Origin: Mycoplasmatales bacterium
GTDB lineage: Bacteria; Bacillota_I; Bacilli_A; CBDATW01
Assembly (NCBI GenBank): GCA_965200605.1
Contig: CBDATW010000002.1
Location: 30,089-94,088 of the forward strand
Direction of reading: 5' to 3'
Length of the DNA stretch: 64,000 bases
The notes under the pieces were generated by a model that made no database searches, was not told the origin of the DNA, and saw only the letters and a list, made by a program, of their open reading frames with translations. Positions 19,128 to 29,829 of the stretch are shown here, piece after piece (positions within the stretch are counted from its first letter, which is position 1; each line of letters begins with the position of its first letter). The position numbers and the translations under genes were made by a program.

Positions 19128-21608
19128 ATGCCAAAATGAATGAATATTAAACCAGAAGAATTTTTTGAAGCCAAGGATGTAGATCTTGGAACAATTCCAT
19201 TAATGAAGTATAAAAAAACATTAAATGATGAAATTAAAGAAAAAAAATCTTTCAAAAGAAGATGCCTTAGAAATTTATAAAGAAATGTATTGAATACGTC
19301 TTTATGAATCATTTTTGGATGAAATTAAAATTAAATCAGAATGAAATGGAATAAAATATGGTTATTATGGACCAGCTCACATGTCAACTGGACAAGAAGG
19401 AGCAGCAGTTGGTCACCACTTTGCTATGGATAAAGATGATATTATCATGTCATCACACCGTAACCATGGTGAAGTAATTTCCAAAGGTCTATCAGCTATT
19501 TACAAAATGAATGAAGATGAATTTGAACCAATTATGAAAGAATATAATAATGGTGAAATTCTTGCTGCTATTGAAAAAACTTCATATAAATTTAAGTCTA
19601 TAAGAGAAAAAAATGATTTTCTACTTTATTTATGGATTTATGTGTGAAGTTTGAGGCAAAGCTACAGGATTTAACCGTGGTCTTTCAGGTTCAATGCACC
19701 TCTTTTTCCTTCCGTTTGGAGTTGGACCAAATAATGCTATTGTTGGAGCGCAAGGCTCTCTTGCTCTTGGAGCAGCTTTATTTAAACTAAACAACAAACA
19801 ACCAGGTATTTCAACAGCCATTGTTGGAGATGGTGGTGTTGCTGTTGGTCCGGTTTGGGAAGCACTAAACTTTGCTGCAATGGACCAATACCAAGAACTA
19901 TGAGAAGGAGATTATAAAAAGCGCCCGCCATTTATGCTAACTGTAATGAACAACGGATATGGTATGGGTGGTCAAACTATTGGTGAAACAATGGGTAATA
20001 AAGGGGCGGCTAGAATTGGTGCTGCAATTAACCCAGAGGCAATGCATGCCGAGGTTGTTAATGGACAAAATGTTCTTGCTGTTATTGATTTAATAAAACG
20101 TAAAAAAGAAATTTTGCTTAAAGGTGATGGGCCAATAATTACTGAAATTAGAACATATCGCTATAATGGTCATTCATCTGGAGATCTTGAATCATATCGT
20201 GTTCCAGAAGAAATCGATGAATTTAAAAAATATGATCCTCTGGTATTATTTGGAAAAGAACTAATTGATGCACAAGTTGCAAGTCAAGAAGATATTGATG
20301 CAATGGAGCAAGAAATCATAGATGTTTTTACAGAAATTTTTAAACTTTCAATTGATCCAGAAATCACAGGAGAATTAGATTGAAATTCAAATGAAGTTCT
20401 TGAAGATATGATGTTATCAAGATCTAAAAAAGAAATTACAAATTTCAAAAAGATTGAATTATCTCAACCACTAGAAGACAATCCTCGTATTCAAAGAATT
20501 GCAAAACGTTCACGTTATGCATATGATAAAGAAGGAAAACTTCTATCAAAAATGAGAACAATGCAAATGCGTGATGCTATTTTTGAAGCAGTACTTGATC
20601 GCTTTACAAAAGAACCATCACTAATTGGTTATGGAGAAGAACTAAGAGATTGAGGAGGAGCTTATGGTGTTTACCAAGGCTTAACAGAAGCTCTACCTTA
20701 TAATAGATTCTTTAACTCGCCAATTGCTGAGGCAGCTATTGTTGGTACAGCAATTGGTTATGCAATTATGGGTGGTCAGGCAATTGTGGAACTTGAATAC
20801 TTTGATTTTCTATTTAGAGCTGGTGATGAAATTTCAGCCCAACTTTCAAAATGAAGAGCAATGTCAGGTGGAGAATTGCAAATGGCAGTTGTTATTAGAA
20901 CCAACATTGGTTCAGGATATGGAGTTCAACACTCGCAAGATTATTCAGCTGTTATTTCAGCCATCACTGGTATTAACCTAGTAATTCCTGCAACACCATA
21001 TGATGCCAAAGGCCTACTAAACTATGCATTATCAATTGGTGATCCAACAATCTTTGTTGAAAACTCAAAAACTATATGATAAACCTGAAATGTTTGTTGA
21101 AGGTGGAGTTCCCAAGGAATATTATGAAATTCCATTTGGAGAAGGAATTCATCGCTCAAAAGGAGATGATATCACTCTAGTTACACTTGGGGCATCTTTA
21201 TATAGAGCAATGGAGGCCAAAGAAGAGTTAGAAAATACTTATGGACTTTCAGTTGAAGTTATTGATATGAGATCTGCTGTTCCATTTAATTATGAAATTC
21301 TAATTGAATCAGTTAAGAAAACTGGAAAAATTGTATTTATCAATGAAGGGTTTGAAAGATCAAACTTTATGAAAAATGTTTCTCAAACCTTAATTGAACT
21401 AGCATTTGATCACTTTGATGCCCCACCAGTAGTTTTGGGTGCTAGAAACTGAATTATGCCGGGTGCTGAATATGAACAATTTATTTATCCTCAAAAAGAT
21501 GATATTCTCTCAGCTATTCATGAAAAAATTATGAGATTGGATGGATATGTTCCAACTAAAGTACACACTAAGGCTGATCAAATAAGAAAAGCTAAAAAAG
21601 GTGTTTAA
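19128..21608 (+). pseudogene. 2-oxoacid dehydrogenase E1, fused alpha/beta subunits, with three +1 frameshifts as sequenced
   Basis: Alpha part has [27 protein letters not shown] and IVGDGG. With no stop, the same frame runs on into a beta part with [25 protein letters not shown] and PATPYDAKGLL. Frame changes 0>1 at A8 19240-47, 1>2 at about 19607-20, and 2>0 at A5 21067-71. Confidence 0.8.
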
Positions 21609-21613
21609 TAATA

Positions 21614-21642
21614 GAAAAAGCATTTGCTTTTTTTTTTTTTTT
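21614..21642 (+). terminator. intrinsic terminator after the dehydrogenase cluster, with a T15 tail
   Basis: AAAAAGC attt GCTTTTT stem. The T run extends to 15 nt (21628-42). Confidence 0.7.
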
Positions 21643-21770
21643 AATAAACAAATTAGCATATTTATTATGATGGATCAATCCAAGATATTCAAAAACTTTT
21701 ATTATAAATTATAAAAAAACTAGGAATATTTATTTTTTTTGGCTATGTATATTATGGGAGGAAATATATT

Positions 21771-22297
21771 ATGGAGTACATAAAAGGAAAAATTATTTCA
21801 CAACAAAAAGATAATTATATATTCGAATCTTCAAATATTGGCTATAAGCTATTGGGAAAATCCTGAAAAAATAAAAGATATTGTTTATATTCAAAAAATA
21901 ATTAATACAAGAAGTTTAGAATCAACAATTTATGGTTTTGCCACTATTGAACAAAAGGAATTATTTAATGAATTAAACAAAATTAAGGGTTTTGGGCCAA
22001 ATTCAGCATATAAATTAATTTTAAACAATTCAATTGTCCAAATAGAAAAAGCTCGCCAAAGTGGCAATATTTTTACTTTAAATACAACTGGAATTAAACC
22101 ATCTCTTGTTGGGTTAATAGTTGATGTAAAAAACAAAAACAGTGAAGCAGAATTGATGCTAATTAAAAAAAACATTGGAAAAATATGGATTTGAAGTAAA
22201 TAAAATTAATGCAGCTATTAAAAATGTTTTTAAACCTAATTTAAAGATAGATAAAAATATTTTAAATTTAATTAAGGAAATTAATACATTAACCTAA
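21771..22297 (+). pseudogene. ruvA: Holliday junction helicase subunit RuvA, with two +1 frameshifts as sequenced
   Basis: MEYIKGKIISQQKDNYIFESSNIGYKL (frame 0), then WENPEKIKDIVYIQ..YGFATIEQKELFNELNKIKGFGPNSAYKLI (frame 1), then TLEKYGFEVNKINAAIKNV..* (frame 2). Shifts fall at about 21850-60 and at A8 22165-72. Confidence 0.8.
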
Positions 22298-23204
22298 TGG
22301 TATTTAAATTAAAAGACTTTATTGGTCAAGAAAAAATAAAAAAACAATTAAATTTATTTATTTTTCCTATGTTACAAAACACAAATCACTGTGATCATAT
22401 TTTGCTTGAAGGCCCACCTGGTACTGGTAAAACAACTCTTGCAGAAATTATTGCAGTAGAAAACAAGTTGGATTTCAAAAAAGTTATTTCACCAATTATT
22501 AAAAACAAATCTGATTTAATATCGCTTTTTTGTGATATCCAAGAAGGAACTATCATCTTTTTTGATGAAGTTCATCGCCTAGAATCTGCTATTGAAGAAA
22601 TGCTATACCAAATAATGGATGAAAAGAAGTTGAATATCACCATGGGAAAAGATGGTGATTCACGATTTGTAACAATTGATATACCTGATTTTACAATAAT
22701 TGCTGCTACAACTCTTTCTGGTCTATTATCAAAGCCATTTAAGGATAGGTTTGGTTTTAGACTTTATATGTCTAATTATTCATCAAGTGATATTCAATTA
22801 ATTATTAAAAATAATTTAGAAAATAGTTTATCTAGCGATATCTTAGATTATGTAACATCGCATAGTAAAAATATTCCTCGACTAGCAATTAATATTACAA
22901 AAAGAATAAATGATTATCACAATTATAAAAAAAAGAAATTTAAATAAAAAAGATATTCAAGAAGTGCTTAATTTACTTGGATATAAATTTGGTCTAAATC
23001 GTCATGATTTAGAGTATTTAGCAATATTAAAAATATCAGGGCCACTATCTCTTGATACTATTGCTAAAAAATTAACAATGGAAAAAGTCAATATCACATC
23101 TGATATTGAACCATATTTATTAAAAAAAATCATATATTGAATTAAATTCAAAAGGCAGAAATATAACATTGAAAGGTATAAAATTGCTTAAAGAAATATC
23201 TTAG
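22297..23204 (+). pseudogene. ruvB: Holliday junction helicase RuvB, with two +1 frameshifts as sequenced
   Basis: LLEGPPGTGKTTLA Walker A and FFDEVHRL Walker B. Frame changes at A8 22927-34 and A8 23122-29. The last frame gives SYIELNSKGRNITLKGIKLLKEIS*, a RuvB-type C-terminus. The start overlaps the ruvA stop. Confidence 0.85.
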
Positions 23205-23252
23205 CTTTATGGTATAATATTATCGTTATAAATTTATTTATAAGGAAAATTA

Positions 23253-25664
23253 ATGAAAAATAAGTTAAAATTTAAATCATTTAGAGGCGGAATAAGAATA
23301 TTTATTTTATTTCTTTTTGTTTCAACATTATTTTTTGGAATGTTTTCTAAAAAAAGTTTTGTAGTTGGTAATGTTAAAAAAGGCATTGAATTTTCTGGTG
23401 GTGTTGAAATTTTATCACAAGTAAAATCATCAACTGATTCAGAAATTGATATGAGTGGTGTTACCAATACAATTTCTAAAAGAATTGATGCAGCTGGTGT
23501 TAAAAATCCACAAATTGATATTGAATCTGGATTAAATGATGAAGGTCAAACAGTTTCAAAAATTAGAACAACAGTAGCTGGTATAGATGATAGTGAAATT
23601 GAATCATTAAAAGAATTAATTACAACTCAAGGTCTAATTTCATTTAGAGATCCAGATGATAATTTTCTTGCTAAGGGAACAGATTTTCTTGTTGCTAATG
23701 GCGCATCACTTGCTTTCCAAGATGGCCAACCAATAGTTTCACTTCAAGTCAAAGATAGAGAAGTTATTAGAGATATATCAAATTCATTAAAATATAGACA
23801 AAATGGTAAAAATCGTCTTGTAATATGAATTGATTTTGATCCTGAATCTGATTCATTTGAAAAATATCAAGAGTTAAATAGAACTGGCAAATGTTTTACT
23901 AGTAAAGATCCAGCTGAAATAAAATTATGTAATAAAGTTATTTCTGCTGCTAGTGTTGACGCAGAGTTAAATGGAGATATTATTATAACTGGTGGATTTA
24001 CTGCTGAATCAGCAAGAGAATTAGCTTCATTTATCAACTCAGGTTCTTTTGAATATAAATTAACAGTTGATGAAGTTAACACTGTTGCTGGTAAATATGG
24101 TGATATTGCCTTCCAAAGAGCAGTTAAAGCTTCATATATAGCAGTAGCAACTGTTTCAATTTTTATGCTTTTAATTTATGGTTTGGGTGGAATGTTTTCT
24201 ATTCTCTCACTATTAATTTATCTTTTTGCAGTATTATCAACCTTTAATTGACTTAGGAGGGGAATATGGTCCTGATACCATTGCTGCTTTAATTATTGGT
24301 TTTGGTATGGCAGCTGATGCTTCAATTATTTTATTTGAAAGATTTAAAGATGAACTTTTAAAAGGAAGAGACATCAAAACTTCCTTTGATCAATCTAATA
24401 AAAAATCACTTTCATCAATTATTGATGCCAACATCACAACTTTTATTGTTGCCTTTATTCTATTTCAATTTGGGTCTAGAACAGTTAAAGGTTTTGCCAT
24501 TATGCTTTCACTTTCAATTTTCTGAACCGGAGTAATTATTGTTGGTATTACAAGATTTAATCTTGATCTATTAATTAAATCAGGATGATTTAAAAATAAA
24601 AAACATTGATTTGGAGTTTCTAAAAAACATATTCCAGATTCACCACAAAGAGAAGCAATTTATAAAGGCAAGTGAAATAAAATTGATTTTATTGGGCAAG
24701 CTAAAAAATTAATTGCCTTTTCAAGTATTATAATTGGTTTGGGATTATCAACAGTTGGAGTCATTGGTTCAAATAACTCAATTCAGTTTACTGGAGGAAC
24801 AAGAATTTCTACTCACACCACAGTTGATTATGAAGATAATCAGAAAGCACAATGAAATTAAAGATGACATTTCAGCATATATTGAAAAAAACACAGGTGC
24901 AAAAATTAATGAAATTGTTGTTGGTAAAAATCAAGATAATAAATATAGTATTACATTTAATACCAAAGAAAATATAGTAGATAAATGAAGTGCAACTAAA
25001 TTGGAGTTAAATAAAAAATATCAAGACTATACATTCAATTCTTCTATAATTTCATCTAATGTTGCCAAAAACACTTTCTATAATGCATTAAAATCAATGT
25101 TATGAGCAATACTGGCAATTATTGCATATATATCTGCTCGCTTTAGATGATCCTATTCTATTGCTGCAATTATAGCTTTGATTCATGACTCGTTAATTGT
25201 TTATGCAATATTTGCATTATTGAGATTAGAAATTAATGTAGCTTTTTATTTCGGCAATTTTGGCTATTATTGGTTATTCGATTAACGATACCATTGTCTC
25301 TTTTGATAGGATTAGAGAAAACATAAATGCAAGACCTAAATCTGATTTAACTATAATTGAATTAAAAAACATTGCCAATAAAGCAATTAGGCAAACAGTT
25401 ACAAGATCACTTTTTACAACTATTACTACTTTAATAGCAATTATTTCACTTATTATATTTGGTTCAAAAGCATCAATGTTATTTAACATTGCAATGTTGG
25501 TTGGGCTAATTGCTGGTACATATTCATCAATTTGAATTGCTGCCTATTTCTGAATTATATTTGAAAATATCAGAATTAAAAGATTAAAACAATTGGTTTA
25601 TAAACCAATGCCAAAAATTCCAGGAGAGCCTGATGAAAATATATTCCCAGGCATAAATGACTAA
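23253..25664 (+). pseudogene. secDF: protein translocase subunit SecDF (fused), with three +1 frameshifts as sequenced
   Basis: SecD signature IGFGMAADASIILFERFKDE..IDANITTFIVA. SecF signatures FTGGTRI and IGYSINDTIVSFDRIREN. Frame changes 0>1 at about 24240-62, 1>2 at about 24810-60, and 2>0 at T5 25243-47. Confidence 0.85.
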
Positions 25665-26176
25665 TGAACTTAAAAAATTATATAGCAACAATTAAAGACC
25701 ACCCAGTTAAGGGCATAATCTTTAGAGATATTACACCATTACTAAAAGATGGGGATGCTTTTAATTATTCACTTGAATTAATGTGCAAGTTTGTAAAAAA
25801 AGTAAAGCCTGATGTTATTGTTGGTCCTGAATCAAGAGGATTTATATTTGGTACACCTCTAGCTTCAAAATTTAATATTGGTTTTGTCCCAGTAAGAAAA
25901 CCCGATAAATTACCAAGAGAAGTTATAAGTTATTCATATAAATTAGAATATGGAGAAAATAAAATGGAAATTCACAAAGATGATATTAGCTCAGGGCAAA
26001 AAATACTCATTGTTGATGATCTTTTAGCAACTGGAGGAACTATTGAAGCTACAATAAAGTTAGTAGAAAAACTTGGTGCAGAAGTTGTTGGTTGTGTCTT
26101 TTTAATTCATCTAAAAGATTTAAATGGTCTTGAAAAATTGAAAGATTATAATGTTAAATTTTTATTAGAATATTAA
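25664..26176 (+). CDS. apt: adenine phosphoribosyltransferase
   Basis: FRDITPLL and the PRPP-binding motif [13 protein letters not shown]. Confidence 0.9.
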   Translation: MNLKNYIATIKDHPVKGIIFRDITPLLKDGDAFNYSLELMCKFVKKVKPDVIVGPESRGFIFGTPLASKFNIGFVPVRKPDKLPREVISYSYKLEYGENKMEIHKDDISSGQKILIVDDLLATGGTIEATIKLVEKLGAEVVGCVFLIHLKDLNGLEKLKDYNVKFLLEY

Positions 26177-26179
26177 TTA

Positions 26180-26205
26180 AAACCTGTAAAAAACAGGTTT
26201 TATTA
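26180..26205 (+). terminator. intrinsic terminator after apt
   Basis: AAACCTGT aaaaa ACAGGTTT followed by a T-rich tail. Confidence 0.65.
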
Positions 26206-26228
26206 TATAATAATACAAAGGAGTAATT

Positions 26229-28334
26229 ATGCTAATTCACTATAAAGATATTACAAATGTTGTAAAAAAATATTTATCCAAAGAACAATTAGCGTCTCTA
26301 GACAAAGCTTTTAAATATGCATTACAAGCTCACAAGGGACAAAAACGAGCTTCTGGAGAGGATTATATTCATCACCCATTGGCAGTAGCAATGAACCTTG
26401 CTATTCACAGAGCATCAGCCAATACCTTAATAGCAGGCTTGCTTCATGATGTAGTAGAAGATTGTAATATTTCTCTTGCTGAAATTAAACAAGAATTTGG
26501 TGATGATATTGCAGCTCTTGTTGATGGAGTAACCAAAATTGACTCATTAACTAACACTAAAAGATCAAACATTTCTGCCTCTAATATCAAAAAAATATTG
26601 CTTTCTGGAGTTTCTGATGTTCGTGTTTTGATTATTAAACTTTGTGATAGATTGCACAACATCCAAACACTTGATGCTTTAAGTGATGAAAAAAAACAAA
26701 GAATTGCTCGGGAAACTCTTGAAATCTATAGCCCACTTGCCTTAAAACTTTCTCTATTTGATATTAATAAAGCTTATGAAGAGGAAGCTTTTAAATGAGC
26801 TTTTCCTAAAGAAAATCAATTTATTGAAGATAAACTAAAAAGAGCAAAAACCACAGCTTTTCAAATTCATAGTGAAATTATTGCTAAAATTAATCAAAAA
26901 CTAAAAGAAGTAGGAATAAAATCTGCAGTTGTTTTATCAAGACAAAAAACCAATTACTCAATTTATAAAAAAATTTATCAAAAAGGTAAAAGATGAGAAA
27001 AATTATTTGATCTTTTAGCTGTAAGAATAATTGTTAAAGATATATCAGAGTGTTTTTCTGTTTTAGGCTTGATGCACAATAACTTCAAACATATTCCCAA
27101 AACTTTTAAAGATTATATTACAATTCCTAAAGCTAATGGTTATCAGTCACTTCACACATGTTTATCTTATCAGGGATTTATTTTTGAAGCACAAATCAGA
27201 ACTAATGTGATGAATCAAAAAGCTAATATTGGAATTGCTTCTACTTGGACATATAAAGATAATGAAAAAACAGATATGCTAACTAAGGCTACAGAAGCTC
27301 ATAGTTGAATTCAAGATATTCAAAACCTTTCAAATGAAAAATTAAAAGATAAAACATTTGTAGAAAATGTTTATTCAAATATTACTACTCGCAATATTTA
27401 TACATTCACTCCTGATAATGAAATTATCATTATTAATCGTGGTGCTACAGTAATTGATTTTGCTTATAAAGTTCACACAAAATTAGGTGATCATTTCAAT
27501 TATGCTGTTGTTAATAACCAAAGGGTTGATTTTGATCATGAGCTAACAAATGGCTCAGTTGTTGAAATTTTTACATCCGATGAAATTAGGACTGTAAATA
27601 AATGATTAAGTGCTGCCAAAACAAAGTATGCATATTCCAAGATTAAAAAATCACTTAAAACAATTGAAGATAAACACAAAAGTAAATATGCCAAAATCGG
27701 AGAACAAATTTTATCAAAGTTTTTAACAAAAAAAGAGCTTAAAAGATTAGATAACAAAAAAATTGGAACAAAATTTGAGCTAGATCTTGATTCACATAAA
27801 GATATTTATGAAGCTATTGGTAGAAAAATAATTTCTTATGAAGACATTCCCTATATTGTAAAACTATCAAAAAATAGATCAATTAATGATGGACTAAATG
27901 ATTTATTTATAGTAGATGATAAAAGTTTTACAGGTAAAATTAAAATTGCAAAATGCTGCAAGCCTATACCCGGAGATATTATTACTGGAATAAAAAAAAG
28001 AAATATTTTATCAGCCCATAGAATAGTTTGTCATAATAATAAAGATAATAAAAATAAAAATTTCAATATAGCTTGAAAAAATATTTATGATAAAAGCCTA
28101 CAGCCATTCAATGTAGAATTATATATTAGATACAATCCCTCTGAATTAGCAATTAATGCAATAATAAATAGAGTTATTAGAAATAAAATTAATATAAACA
28201 AAATTAAATCAAAAACAAAAAATAAAGAATTAATCCTTGTTGTTGATGTTTATAATCTAAATCAATTATCTTTACTTATTTCTGCTATTCAATCACTTGC
28301 CTTTGTAAGAGAGGTATTTAGATATAAAGTTTAA
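26229..28334 (+). CDS. relA: bifunctional (p)ppGpp synthetase/hydrolase (RelA/SpoT homologue)
   Basis: HD hydrolase motif HPLAVA..LLHDVVED, synthetase region YSIYKK..DLLAVRIIV..PKANGYQSLHT, and a TGS-like segment. One frame from 26229 to TAA 28332-34 with several TGA. Confidence 0.85.
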
Positions 28335-28412
28335 AAAATACATATATGTTATAATATCCATAGGATATTATGAGGGAACTCTTCTATCTAGGGAGTTTTT
28401 CTTGGAGTAAGC

Positions 28413-28604
28413 ATGAAAAAAATGGAAGATTTAATCAAGGAAATTAATGAATTTTCAAAATTAGCAAAGCAAAGAGAATTAAGCAAAGATGAATTAAAAA
28501 ACCGTCAAGAATTAAGGAATCAATATCGTAAATTATTCAAAAAGGGCTTTGAACAAAAACTGCAAAATATCAAAATTGTTAATGGACAAAAATCAAAGGA
28601 GTAA
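28413..28604 (+). CDS. small helical protein, DUF896/UPF0291-like
   Basis: 63 aa. INEFSKLAKQRELSKDELKNRQELRNQYRKLFK matches the YnzC/DUF896 pattern. Confidence 0.55.
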   Translation: MKKMEDLIKEINEFSKLAKQRELSKDELKNRQELRNQYRKLFKKGFEQKLQNIKIVNGQKSKE

Positions 28605-28607
28605 ATT

Positions 28608-29808
28608 ATGTTTATCAAACCCAAAGGCACACAAGATATTTACAAAAACATCTCTGTTTTTCGTTTTGTTGAAAATCAATTTATAAAAACTGTTAAATTA
28701 TTTAACTATTTAGAAATTAGAACTCCAATTTTTGAAGATGCCAATCTTTTTGCTTCATTAGGTCAAGAGAGCGACATTGTTCAAAAAGAACTTTATCAAT
28801 TTAATGACAAAGCCAATAGAAAATTAGCTTTAAGGCCAGAGGGCACTGCCTCTGTCATTAGAGCATTTATTGAAAATAAAATGTATATTGAAAATAATAT
28901 ATCAAAACTATTTTATATTGGAAGTATGTTTAGATATGAACGTCCTCAAAAAGGAAGAAAAAGAGAATTTAGTCAAATTGGAATTGAACAAATAGGCCCA
29001 ATCGATACTTATGCAATTGCAGATACAATTATTATGGCTGATTTCTTTTTAAAATCCTTATTATTAAAAAACTATTTAGTTGTTTTAAACAATTTGGGAA
29101 GCTTTAAGCAAAGAAAACAATACATAAATGATTTAAAAGAATATTTTAAAAATAAATTAAATGATTTATGCAAGTGATTGTCAAAAACGTTTTGCAAAAA
29201 ATCCTTTAAGATTATTAGATTGTAAAGTGGATAAAATTTCTCCTGACACACCTAATATCAATTCTTATTTAAGTGAAAAATCCAAAAAAGAATTTGCAAA
29301 ATTAAAAGAAATACTAAAAAAAGCAAATGTTAAATTTAAAGAAGATAATAATTTAGTTAGAGGACTTGATTATTACACTAATGTAGTATTTGAATTTATT
29401 CCCAATAATCAAGATGGATCACAATCTACAATTTTAGCTGGAGGTCAATATAGTGGACTAGTTAAAAAGTTAGGTGGAAATGATATAGATGGAATTGGGT
29501 TTGCAGCTGGTGTTGATCGAATTGTTAATTTACTTTTAGAAAAAGATCATAAATTAAAGGAAGATAATCTTGATGTTTATATATGCACACAAGATTCATG
29601 AGATAAAGTAAATGAAATTTCATCAAAATTAAGACAAGCCGATATTAAATGTGATTTTTCATTTAATCAACTTGATGTTAAAAAACAATTTAAAAAATCA
29701 AATCAAAATAATACTAAATGAGTTATTTTAATCGAAAAAAATCAATTAACATTAAAATCACAAAATAGCAATGAAGTAATTAGAGATAATATTGAGAAAT
29801 ATTATTAA
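28608..29808 (+). pseudogene. hisS: histidyl-tRNA synthetase, with one +1 frameshift as sequenced
   Basis: Class II motifs LRPEGTASVIRAF and FRYERPQKGRKREF. The frame changes at about 29170-75 (..NDLC / SDCQKRFAKNPLRLLDCK). Downstream are GLDYYT and GGQY..GFAAGVDR. TAA 29806-08. Confidence 0.85.
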
Positions 29809-29829
29809 AAAAATCAAGGAGAGTAAATA

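Noticed and set aside
20724-20981. 85-aa plus-strand ORF ([12 protein letters not shown]...).
   Set aside because: It is an alternative frame inside the E1 beta module. The translation is repetitive Leu/Gln/Val, whereas the overlapping frame carries E1-beta motifs.
28335-28412. Possible T-box leader upstream of the DUF896-hisS-aspS operon, including the palindrome ATATCCataGGATAT (28344-58) and a weak AACTC/GAGTT hairpin followed by a T run.
   Set aside because: The leader is only about 60 nt from the TGTTATAAT -10 element to the ATG. That is far too short for a T-box, and I found no T-box core sequence or specifier-loop architecture.
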